In this document: positions 1 through 7,007 of the stretch, in pieces | How the letters are laid out: the number at the start of each line of letters is the position of its first letter | How positions within the stretch are numbered: the stretch's first letter is position 1 | From: Candidatus Electrothrix sp. GW3-4 | Lineage (GTDB): Bacteria > Desulfobacterota > Desulfobulbia > Desulfobulbales > Desulfobulbaceae | NCBI RefSeq assembly: GCF_037902255.1 | Contig: NZ_CP147990.1 | Coordinates: 4,410,001 to 4,442,000, forward strand | Length of the DNA stretch: 32,000 bases | Direction of reading: 5' to 3' | Position numbers and translations under genes: made by a program | Notes under the pieces: model-generated | Seen by the model: only the letters and a program-made list of their open reading frames with translations | The model's database searches: none | Told to the model about the DNA's origin: nothing

Positions 1-1
1 A

Positions 2-229
2 CGGACCACGGAAATTGCCTATTGTCCAACAGGTTCCTCTGCGCTGTATCTTAAACTCTGTCCTTATAAGGAGAAACATGCGAGTATCATAGATGTTTTT
101 ACGACGACTGAGGAGCATCCTGTCCCCCGCTATCAACGAGTGCATCCAGCAAGAACGGATGAAGAATTCACCCGTATTGCCATATTCGGTCCTGATGCAA
201 CATTGAAGTCTGCCCTCATTCTTGTGTAA
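2..229 (+). CDS. 3' end of an unidentified protein-coding gene (partial, runs off the left edge)
   Basis: Frame 2 is open from position 2 to TAA at 227-229 (75 codons: ...TGSSALYLKLCPYKEKHASIIDVFTTTEEHP...ATLKSALILV*). No family recognised. Confidence 0.35.
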   Translation, partial: RTTEIAYCPTGSSALYLKLCPYKEKHASIIDVFTTTEEHPVPRYQRVHPARTDEEFTRIAIFGPDATLKSALILV

Positions 230-280
230 CCGAATAGTTTTCTTTGTTTTCCCTTTTGTTTTTTCTGTAAACAGGATAAA

Positions 281-300
281 TTTTGAATCGTTATTCAAAA
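281..300. promoter_or_regulatory. 8-bp-arm palindrome TTTTGAAT-N4-ATTCAAAA flanked by direct repeats ACAGGATAA (271-279 and 307-315); candidate operator upstream of the PilZ gene
   Basis: Read directly from the sequence. It lies about 125 bp upstream of ATG 426 in an otherwise unstructured T-rich spacer. Confidence 0.25.
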
Positions 301-425
301 TATCGGACAGGATAAGACAGAAGAGCGGATTCTGTGTCCAGGAAAGGCGCATCGAATACATCGGCTGGTTATATTCTGTTGTGAATCTCCGCCTCATCCT
401 CTTGTTGTTGAGTTAAGCAGGGACC

Positions 426-1205
426 ATGGATGCAACTAATCGTATACTTTGCCCGATTCCAGACGACGAACGAACCCCGTTTGTTGATGTCTTGTTGAAG
501 TTTATTGACTGGCAGAAGGTGCGTATTGACAACGCAGAAGAGGAGAATGAGCGGCTGCAAAAGGAGATTAACAAGCTGCAAAAGCAAGCGCTCAGTGAGA
601 GAGAGCAAAGACCCTTTAAGAGCATTGCCAACAAGAAGATAAAAAGAATACCAAAGCGCAGCAAGGTTTTTGCCCCTATCAAAATCCAGCAACAGGACCC
701 TGTAAAACCGGAAAACGTACAGCAGTTGTTGGTAAAGAATATTCAACAACTGCTGGTGAGTATCGGCAGTAAAAACAAGCGCCAATTCACTCGGCTACAT
801 ATTCATTTAGATGCTAATTTGGATTTTGGCGCACAGCGCTATTACAGACATGCTGTAGAGAATATCAGTCTTGGCGGCCTTTATGTGCGGGGAGATTTTA
901 AGCAGCAGTTGGGGGATATTTGTACAATCAGTCTCAATCAGTCAGAACTTGACGCTACTCTTGAGATTCACGCCACCTGTTCAGTGATCAGGAGCAGCGA
1001 ACAGGGGATAGGGCTTGAGTTTATCTCTATGAAACTGGATGATTTTTGTCATTTGCAAACCGTTCTTCTCTATCAGGCCGATGATCCTTTTGTTCTGGGG
1101 ACGGAATTTGTCAATAATATGAACCTGGAATTGGAAAACGACCTCATCTTATGTAAGGCCTTTCATTTTCATCGAGATAGGGACGTAGAAAGGGGCGTTG
1201 GCTGA
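426..1205 (+). CDS. PilZ-domain c-di-GMP receptor with a charged coiled-coil-like N-terminal half
   Basis: The C-terminal half carries both PilZ binding motifs: RxxxR (KRQFTRL) and D/NxSxxG (ENISLGG). The N-terminal part is EEENERLQKEINKLQKQ-like. Confidence 0.8.
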   Translation: MDATNRILCPIPDDERTPFVDVLLKFIDWQKVRIDNAEEENERLQKEINKLQKQALSEREQRPFKSIANKKIKRIPKRSKVFAPIKIQQQDPVKPENVQQLLVKNIQQLLVSIGSKNKRQFTRLHIHLDANLDFGAQRYYRHAVENISLGGLYVRGDFKQQLGDICTISLNQSELDATLEIHATCSVIRSSEQGIGLEFISMKLDDFCHLQTVLLYQADDPFVLGTEFVNNMNLELENDLILCKAFHFHRDRDVERGVG

Positions 1206-1220
1206 AACCTGTTCTTTTTT

Positions 1221-1745
1221 TTACCAGCTTGTCTGCTCAATCCCCTTTTGTCCGTTGTTGGCTTCCTGTTCTGCCAGCAGCCTGACCACGGTCTTGTTGA
1301 ACAGGGGATGCGTAAGCTGCGGCCCAATCTCTGCCAACGGAACCAGCACGAACAGCCGCTCATGCATTGCCGGATGGGGGAGGACGAGCCGTTCGGTCTG
1401 CCTGATACAGTCATCATAGAGGAGGAGATCAAGGTCCAGGGTCCTGTCCTGATAGCCTTCCAGTTCTGGATGCCGGACCCTGCCAAATTGCTGCTCTGTT
1501 GCCAGGAGGAGATCCAGGAGGGCCTCTGGAGACAGTGCCGTCTGCAGCCGTCCCACGGCATTGATAAACCAATGGTCGCTCTCCATGCCCATTGGCCGGG
1601 TGCGATAGGGCGAAGAAAGGGTCTGGAGGCTGATCAAGGGATGCTGATCAAGGGCCTGCCAGGCCTCCCGCAGCAGGCTGCGGGAGTTGCCAAGATTGGA
1701 GCCAAGGCCGATGGAGGCGGAATGGGAAAAGGGAATGCTGTTCAT
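1221..1745 (-). CDS. folK: 2-amino-4-hydroxy-6-hydroxymethyldihydropteridine diphosphokinase (HPPK)
   Basis: HPPK hallmarks are present: SIGLGSNLGN, DLDLLLYDD, LVLPHPAMHERLFVLVPLAEI. The ORF-track start at 1847 would overlap the upstream H-NOX gene by 50 nt. The internal ATG at 1745 (MNSIPFSHSASIGLGSNLG) gives the usual HPPK N-terminus. Confidence 0.85.
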   Translation of the reverse strand: MNSIPFSHSASIGLGSNLGNSRSLLREAWQALDQHPLISLQTLSSPYRTRPMGMESDHWFINAVGRLQTALSPEALLDLLLATEQQFGRVRHPELEGYQDRTLDLDLLLYDDCIRQTERLVLPHPAMHERLFVLVPLAEIGPQLTHPLFNKTVVRLLAEQEANNGQKGIEQTSW

Positions 1746-1797
1746 GAACAGGTTCGGAGAAAGCTGGGCGTATTTATCCTGAAAGGGGCTCAGAGGC

Positions 1798-2481
1798 CTA
1801 CCTGAAAAATGAGAATATTTTGTGAAGGAGGCCCTTATGTTCCTCATGCTCCTCTGCTTCCTCCACCTCAGGTTCTTGTGACCTATCAGGCCCAGCCTGT
1901 TGCACCTCTTGTTCCGGTGTGCTCACTTTCGCTTTTGGGGCGCCTTCTGATGAAGGTTTTTCCAGAAAAACGATTTCAACCGCTGTTTCGCTTTTTTGGG
2001 AGACCCTCAGCTCTTCATTATAATATTTGCCCACCCCTTTGACCAGGCCGATAAAGAAATCAAGCAGCCCTCTATGGGATTTATAGTGCATAATCAGGGT
2101 GTGTTCATCCTGCCATTCGTAGTCAAAGCGGGGTGGGTGGGCATCTGGTATGCTGGACGTCACTGTCTCATGCAGTTTATCCATGTGGAGCAGCATTTCT
2201 TTGGCAGAATGCGCTTTTCTATAATACATACTGTATACTTTCGGCGCATAGATATTGACCCAGTAGTCACCAAAGGCATCAGCAGCCTGAGGCAGGGTGA
2301 TATTTAAGACCTTGCAGGTGGCGTTAACAATCTCCAGGACCGCCTCGTCCTCAATATTTGAAGTCATATTGAAGAGGGTGTGTCTCTCCAGCCCCGCTTC
2401 TTCAAGGATATCTTCCCAGGAATGTTGTCCGAATTGCTCTTTGATCAAACTTTCCAAACACGTAACAATAACACCTTTCAT
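1798..2481 (-). CDS. Stand-alone H-NOX (haem NO/O2-binding, HNOB) sensor protein with an acidic C-terminal tail
   Basis: HNOB-type N-terminus MKGVIVTCLESLIKEQFG, candidate proximal His in MDKLHETV, and haem-propionate motif Y-x-S-x-R (YKSHR). A C-terminal acidic tail of roughly 45-55 aa follows (EPEVEEAEEHEEH). RBS GAGAGG lies 6 nt upstream of the ATG. Confidence 0.85.
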   Translation of the reverse strand: MKGVIVTCLESLIKEQFGQHSWEDILEEAGLERHTLFNMTSNIEDEAVLEIVNATCKVLNITLPQAADAFGDYWVNIYAPKVYSMYYRKAHSAKEMLLHMDKLHETVTSSIPDAHPPRFDYEWQDEHTLIMHYKSHRGLLDFFIGLVKGVGKYYNEELRVSQKSETAVEIVFLEKPSSEGAPKAKVSTPEQEVQQAGPDRSQEPEVEEAEEHEEHKGLLHKIFSFFR

Positions 2482-2544
2482 AACAGCCTCTCTTTTTCAA
2501 GTGTATTCGATGGTATCTTCATAGCGCTCATGTGAAGCCGATTG

Positions 2545-2574
2545 ACAACCCCAGCCCTTTCGGATTGGGGTTGT
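2545..2574 (-). other. GC-rich stem-loop without U-tract between dapB and the H-NOX gene
   Basis: ACAACCCCA...TGGGGTTGT forms a 9-bp stem, with an inner CC-GAAA-GG extension. No T-run follows on the minus strand. Confidence 0.4.
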
Positions 2575-2620
2575 TCTTGTGTATGTGTACTGTTTTTTTT
2601 GCGGACTGGGAACAGGGAAA

Positions 2621-3433
2621 TTAGAATTCGGACAGCCCCAGGACATCGAACATGGTGTAGAGTCCCTTGGGCTGGCTGACCACCCAGGCGGCGGCCTTGG
2701 CTGCGCCACCGGCAAAGTTGTCCCGGCTATGGGCCCGGTGGGTGATTTCAATCCGCTCGCCAGGACCGGCAAAGTAGGCAGTATGTTCACCGACGATGTC
2801 GCCAGCCCGAATGGTCTGGATACCGATTTCCTGATCAGTGCGCTCACCGATGATACCGTTGCGCTCAAAAACACCGACCTTGGCCAGGTCTCTTCCCAGG
2901 CCCTTGGCCGCCATTTCTCCGATCTTCAGGGCTGTTCCAGAGGGGGCATCCTTCTTCATCCGGTGATGGGCCTCGACAATTTCCACGTCATAGCCATCAC
3001 CGAGTACGGCAGCTGCCTTTTCCACCAGCTTGAACAGGACATTGACGCCCACGGCCATGTTTGGGGCCTGGACACAGGGGAAATGCTCGGCAGCGGTGTT
3101 GCGGAGGATGGTCAGATCCTCGGCACTGAGGCCGGTAGTCCCGATAACCATAGCCCGACCATGCTTGGCTGCGACCTTGACGAATTCCATGGTGGCCTTA
3201 TGAAAGGTAAAATCAATGATGACCTCACCCTGCTCAATCACTGCCTCCAGGTTATCGGCGATGGTCACCCCTGCGGTGCCGATGCCCGCTATTTCTCCGG
3301 CATCCTTGCCCACATTCGGGCTGCCAGCCTGTTCAAAGGCGCCAGCCAGGCTAAGATCCGGGTGCTGATGCACCATGTAACAGATACGCTGTCCCATTCG
3401 ACCGGAGGCTCCGGCTACAATTACTTTGGTCAT
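2621..3433 (-). CDS. dapB: 4-hydroxy-tetrahydrodipicolinate reductase
   Basis: MTKVIVAGASGRMGQ dinucleotide-binding start and VEAHHRMKKDAPSGTA signature. Start moved from the ORF-track position 3553 to ATG 3433, which gives a typical 270-aa length. Confidence 0.95.
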   Translation of the reverse strand: MTKVIVAGASGRMGQRICYMVHQHPDLSLAGAFEQAGSPNVGKDAGEIAGIGTAGVTIADNLEAVIEQGEVIIDFTFHKATMEFVKVAAKHGRAMVIGTTGLSAEDLTILRNTAAEHFPCVQAPNMAVGVNVLFKLVEKAAAVLGDGYDVEIVEAHHRMKKDAPSGTALKIGEMAAKGLGRDLAKVGVFERNGIIGERTDQEIGIQTIRAGDIVGEHTAYFAGPGERIEITHRAHSRDNFAGGAAKAAAWVVSQPKGLYTMFDVLGLSEF

Positions 3434-3606
3434 GGTTTTCTCTCGTCTTGTATAAAAGTTCTTATTTAACAGCTTGGTGAGGAAATAGTCATAGGTTGTC
3501 CTGCCAATACTGTTGTACACATTCTCCCCGGTCAGCCCTTTGCAGACAAACAATGTCTGCTCCCCTTTTTGGAGAGCATCTGATGCTTGTTGTGGCTGCC
3601 TACCTT

Positions 3607-3837
3607 GAGAAAAGGACCTCTTCTTTTAAGAAAAGGCCTCGTGCTTTTTTAAAAAAATACCGTCCATTTTAAAAGAGGACTGGTCCTTTTTACGAAAGGT
3701 CTTCCTCTTTTTAAAAGAGGAGTCCTGCATTTTTAAAAAGAAGCGGTACGAGTTAAAAAAGGAGTAGTCCTCTCTCAAAGAGGAGGTCTTATTTTTTAAA
3801 GAGGATCGCATCATTTCACGAAAGGACACGGCCTTTT
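3607..3837. repeat. Eleven tandem, degenerate, exactly 21-bp-phased units (plus-strand consensus about TAAAAGAGGA-N5-TCCTCTTTT)
   Basis: Cutting 3607-3837 into 21-mers aligns every unit without an indel. Each unit is a purine-rich half followed by its imperfect complement, bracketed by A- and T-tracts. The array is AT-rich inside a GC-rich operon. Confidence 0.85.
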
Positions 3838-3856
3838 GCAAACAGGGCACCTCCTG

Positions 3857-4267
3857 TTACTGATTGCTTGTCTCCTCAGCTGATTCAGGTGTCGTCGCTT
3901 CTTGTTCAGGGGCAGCCTGTTTCGTATTATTAAATTGAAAGATTGATGAGAGTTGTTTGTGTTCACTGGAGATGATCTGAGTGATGTAGATGAGAATCAT
4001 GACTGTCAGCAGCAACAGGTAATAGAGAAAAAATTTCCTCCTGGATCTTCTTTTCTCTTCCTTCTGATTTTTTACCCATTTACGAAAGTTCGATTGGCTC
4101 TTTTCGATATCATACTCGATATCTGTTCTTCTCTTCTCGTCACCTTGTGTTTCTTCATCGAGCCATTTTCTGAAAGAATCTATAAAGCTATCTTCCGTTC
4201 TGCTTATTACTACTCCTATGAGGATGCCAGCTATAAAGGCGAGAAGAATGGCGAGAAGAATGTCCAT
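3857..4267 (-). CDS. Small two-TM membrane protein, paralogue 1 (unknown function)
   Basis: N-terminal TM (MDILLAILLAFIAGILIGVVI), a highly charged loop of about 55 aa (TDIEYDIEKS...QKEEKRRSRRK), a second TM (FFLYYLLLLTVMILIYI) and a polar tail. Clearly alignable with the adjacent ORF at 4410-4814. Confidence 0.7.
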   Translation of the reverse strand: MDILLAILLAFIAGILIGVVISRTEDSFIDSFRKWLDEETQGDEKRRTDIEYDIEKSQSNFRKWVKNQKEEKRRSRRKFFLYYLLLLTVMILIYITQIISSEHKQLSSIFQFNNTKQAAPEQEATTPESAEETSNQ

Positions 4268-4409
4268 CTGTCTATAGATAGCATGTGATCATCATCTCAT
4301 GCAGTGTGGTCACTCACGATAGGGTGGATGTTGTGATTGTTTCTTCACACATGTGTTTTTTTGCTGATGATCGTTTTATCACCTGATTCGGGTCTCGCCG
4401 CTTCTTTTT

Positions 4410-4814
4410 TCAAAGATTGAGTTGCATGATGTAGATGAGAACCATGAGGTTCAGCGCCAACAGGTAATAGAGAACATACTTTCTCTTGGATCTTCTTTTC
4501 TCTTCTTTCTGTTGTGTTACCCACTTGGAGAAATTTGGCAGGCTCTTTTCGATATCATACTCGATATCTGTTTTTTTCTTCGAGTCCCCTTTTGTTTCTG
4601 CTTTCAGCCATTTTTTGAAAGAATCCATAAAGGTATCTTCCGTTCTGGTAACTACTACTCCTATGAGGCTGCCCGCTATAGCGGCGAGAAGAAGGTTCAT
4701 TTTAATTGCTTCTTGTAACATTTCAGTTGCTGGATCTTTAAATAATCCAACAATAGAAGCAATTGCGCCTAATGCTGCAATTTTATCCCAGAAGGACAAC
4801 TCTCGAAATTTCAT
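4410..4814 (-). CDS. Small membrane protein, paralogue 2 (unknown function)
   Basis: Same core as 3857-4267 (TDIEYDIEKS and QKEEKRRS are identical) plus an extra N-terminal hydrophobic segment (IAALGAIASIVGLF). Start set to ATG 4814 (MKFRELS). That start has AAAGG 5 nt upstream and lies just downstream of the dapA terminator hairpin. The ORF-track start at 4883 would overlap dapA. Confidence 0.7.
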   Translation of the reverse strand: MKFRELSFWDKIAALGAIASIVGLFKDPATEMLQEAIKMNLLLAAIAGSLIGVVVTRTEDTFMDSFKKWLKAETKGDSKKKTDIEYDIEKSLPNFSKWVTQQKEEKRRSKRKYVLYYLLALNLMVLIYIMQLNL

Positions 4815-4820
4815 GACTAC

Positions 4821-4861
4821 CTTTTTATTTAAAAGAGGACGACCCAATAAAAGGTCGTCCT
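4821..4861 (-). terminator. Intrinsic-terminator-like hairpin after dapA
   Basis: Minus strand: AGGACGACC-N8-GGTCGTCCT (9-bp stem, 4836-4844/4853-4861) followed by CTTTTAAATAAAAAG. The T-run is only 4 nt, so termination is probably partial. Confidence 0.55.
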
Positions 4862-4870
4862 TGTAGTCAA

Positions 4871-5767
4871 TTAGATCAAGCAAATAGCCTTCATCTCCGT
4901 CATCAGCTTATTCAGCGAAGCCTCATCCATTTCCGTCATGGGCAGACGAACCTCTGGGGTGGCGATCTTACCCATCAGGTGCAGCCCCTTCTTGGCCGGG
5001 GCCGGGTTGGGATAGCAAAACATGGTTCCCATCAGGGCAAAGAGCTTGTAATGCAGCTCATTGGCCTTGGCCAGATCACCCTTCAGTGCCGCTTCCATCA
5101 GCTCGGACATGGCCTTGGGATAGACATTGGAGGTAACAGAGATAACCCCCTTGCCGCCGATGAGCACGGTGGGCATGGAGGTGAAGTCATCACCGGAGAG
5201 GACAACAAAATCCTTGGGGCAAAGACGAATGACCTCAGAGATCTGATTGAGGCAGCCGCAGGCCTCTTTGATGGCAATGACATTGGGCAATTGAGCCAGG
5301 CGAGCTGTTGTGGCCGGGGCCATATTGGTTACGGTACGGCCAGGCACATTATAGAGCACCATAGGAATATCCACAGCATCGATAATGGCTTTAAAATGCT
5401 GGTACAGACCTTCCTGACTCGGCTTATTATAATAAGGAACCACGGAGAGCACTGCGTCAGCACCGCTTTCCTTGGCGGATTCGGTCAGCTCAATGGCCTC
5501 TGCGGTGCTGTTGGCCCCGGTTCCGGCAATGACCGGTACCCGTCCGTCAACCACCTTAACAGTGATATCAATGACTCGTTTATGCTCGTCAAAGCCCAGG
5601 GTCGCAGATTCCCCTGTGGTTCCACAGGGCACCAGGCCGTGAATGCCGTTGTCGATCTGGAAATTAATCAGATCGGTCAGGCTTTGTTCATCAACCTTGC
5701 CATCCTGCATTGGGGTGACAATGGCGGTAAAAGCACCTTGGATATCTTTTCCTTGTGTCGTCATCAC
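4871..5767 (-). CDS. dapA: 4-hydroxy-tetrahydrodipicolinate synthase
   Basis: Typical DapA translation: GAFTAIVTPM, GLVPCGTTGES, YNKP, and the Schiff-base lysine context VIAIKEACG. Confidence 0.95.
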   Translation of the reverse strand: MMTTQGKDIQGAFTAIVTPMQDGKVDEQSLTDLINFQIDNGIHGLVPCGTTGESATLGFDEHKRVIDITVKVVDGRVPVIAGTGANSTAEAIELTESAKESGADAVLSVVPYYNKPSQEGLYQHFKAIIDAVDIPMVLYNVPGRTVTNMAPATTARLAQLPNVIAIKEACGCLNQISEVIRLCPKDFVVLSGDDFTSMPTVLIGGKGVISVTSNVYPKAMSELMEAALKGDLAKANELHYKLFALMGTMFCYPNPAPAKKGLHLMGKIATPEVRLPMTEMDEASLNKLMTEMKAICLI

Positions 5768-5842
5768 TCTTCTCCTTAGTAATCTTTATATGAAACGAGT
5801 CAGTGATTCCTTGAATAATCGCTTCACTTTCATGCGTTGTTA

Positions 5843-5861
5843 CCCACCCAGAAAGGGTGGG
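5843..5861 (-). other. GC stem-loop without U-tract just downstream of dapF
   Basis: CCCACCC-N5-GGGTGGG, 9 nt after the dapF stop. No T-run follows on the minus strand. Confidence 0.35.
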
Positions 5862-5869
5862 GAGGGAGC

Positions 5870-6724
5870 TTAAAGCAACGCCTCAGCGTCGAATTCTCCT
5901 GAATAAATGGTATGGGCCGGTCCTTTAAGAAAAACATTATGGACAGCACTGTCAGTTCCTTTCTCCATGCCCTTCTTGAGATCAAACATGATCGTTAGCC
6001 GATCGCCACCAGAGGTGGTGATGTCCACCGGTGAGGCGGCCTGACCCAGGAGGGCGGCAATGATAGCAGAGGCCGCTGCCCCGGTCCCGCAGGCCAGGGT
6101 CTCATCTTCCACGCCTCGTTCATAAGTCCGGACCTTGATGGCATCTTCTTGCCTCTGGGCAAAGTTGACATTGGTGCCAGCAGGTATAAAGGTCTGGTGA
6201 TGGCGGATGCCGCTGCCTATGGCCCGGACATCTGTCTGGTCGATATCATCAACAAAGAGCACGGCATGGGGGACACCCGTATCGATACTGTGGACCGTAT
6301 ATTCTTTCCCCTCCACCTGAAGACGTTGATCCATCTTCAGGTGAACCGGATCGGTCATCTTGACGGCAACATCCTTTCCTATAACGCTGGCCTCAATAAT
6401 GCCAGCCAGGGTGGCAAAGCGCATCTCTGCCGGGGCAATCCCCTGGAGGAAGGCAAAGCGGGCTGCACAGCGGGCCCCGTTTCCGCACATCTCGGCCACC
6501 GAACCATCCGCGTTAAAGAACTGCCATTGAAAATCCGCCTCAGCAGAGTCCTCAATAAGGATCAGGCCGTCTGCACCGGCAGAGAATTTTCTCCGGCAGA
6601 CCTTGGCAGCAAAATCGGCCATGGCCTCGGGAGCAATGATGGGTTTGCGGTGATCAATAATAATGAAATCATTGCCTGTACCGCTCATCTTAATAAAGGG
6701 GACAGGAAAGTCAGGTGTCTGCAT
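5870..6724 (-). CDS. dapF: Diaminopimelate epimerase
   Basis: FIKMSGTGNDFIIID N-terminus and both catalytic-Cys motifs (MCGNGARCAARF and LACGTGAAAS). Confidence 0.95.
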   Translation of the reverse strand: MQTPDFPVPFIKMSGTGNDFIIIDHRKPIIAPEAMADFAAKVCRRKFSAGADGLILIEDSAEADFQWQFFNADGSVAEMCGNGARCAARFAFLQGIAPAEMRFATLAGIIEASVIGKDVAVKMTDPVHLKMDQRLQVEGKEYTVHSIDTGVPHAVLFVDDIDQTDVRAIGSGIRHHQTFIPAGTNVNFAQRQEDAIKVRTYERGVEDETLACGTGAAASAIIAALLGQAASPVDITTSGGDRLTIMFDLKKGMEKGTDSAVHNVFLKGPAHTIYSGEFDAEALL

Positions 6725-6788
6725 GGTCGTTGTCTGTTTTTCTCGGTAAGGGAGTCTATCTCTATGAAAAAGTGTTTATTAAAAAGCC

Positions 6789-6817
6789 ACTATAGTGAGT
6801 TCCCCAGGGTCTATCAA
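6789..6817 (-). promoter_or_regulatory. Candidate sigma70-type promoter for dapF
   Basis: Minus strand TTGATA-17 nt-TATAGT (-35 at 6817-6812, -10 at 6794-6789), about 65 nt upstream of ATG 6724. Confidence 0.4.
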
Positions 6818-6880
6818 GGGGAAATATCTTTTTATAGTCTTTGCCCTCTTTCCTCAATACAACTGACAGGGGAAGAATGA

Positions 6881-6912
6881 AAAAAAGCCGCATCCCAAGA
6901 AAGGATGCGGCA
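6881..6912 (-). terminator. Rho-independent terminator of the Cys-rich protein gene
   Basis: Minus strand GCCGCATCC-N7-GGATGCGGC (9-bp GC-rich stem) followed directly by T7. Confidence 0.75.
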
Positions 6913-7007
6913 AGAAGATAGGCGTTCTCTTGCTGGTATCACGTTCTTTTTACAGAGAGGAGAAAATCAAGAAAACAGGATTTCTCCAGGAACCGGTTGA
7001 AACCTGA

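Noticed and set aside
1746-1847. Long form of folK starting at ATG 1847
   Set aside because: It would overlap the H-NOX gene end by 50 nt and add 34 non-conserved residues ahead of the canonical HPPK N-terminus. The internal ATG 1745 was preferred, although it has no clear SD.
2579-3469. Long plus-strand ORF (296 aa) antisense to dapB. Similar antisense or off-frame ORFs include 1248-1805, 4979-5779, 6149-6880, 8198-8737, 12281-13135, 15356-16021 and 16885-17547.
   Set aside because: Each lies entirely opposite to, or out of frame with, a gene whose translation has unmistakable family motifs. Their own translations are low-complexity (G/R/P/A-rich), as expected of shadow ORFs in GC-rich DNA. 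No RBS evidence.
3542-3570. Hairpin GCAGACA-N5-TGTCTGC followed by TCCCCTTTTT on the plus strand in the dapB leader
   Set aside because: It is oriented as a plus-strand terminator, but there is no plus-strand gene to terminate. On the minus strand the A-run precedes the stem. Left uncalled as a possible leader structure or antisense-RNA terminator.
3607-3837. CRISPR array
   Set aside because: The units are contiguous 21-mers with no alternating unique spacers, they are degenerate rather than near-identical, and no cas genes are nearby.
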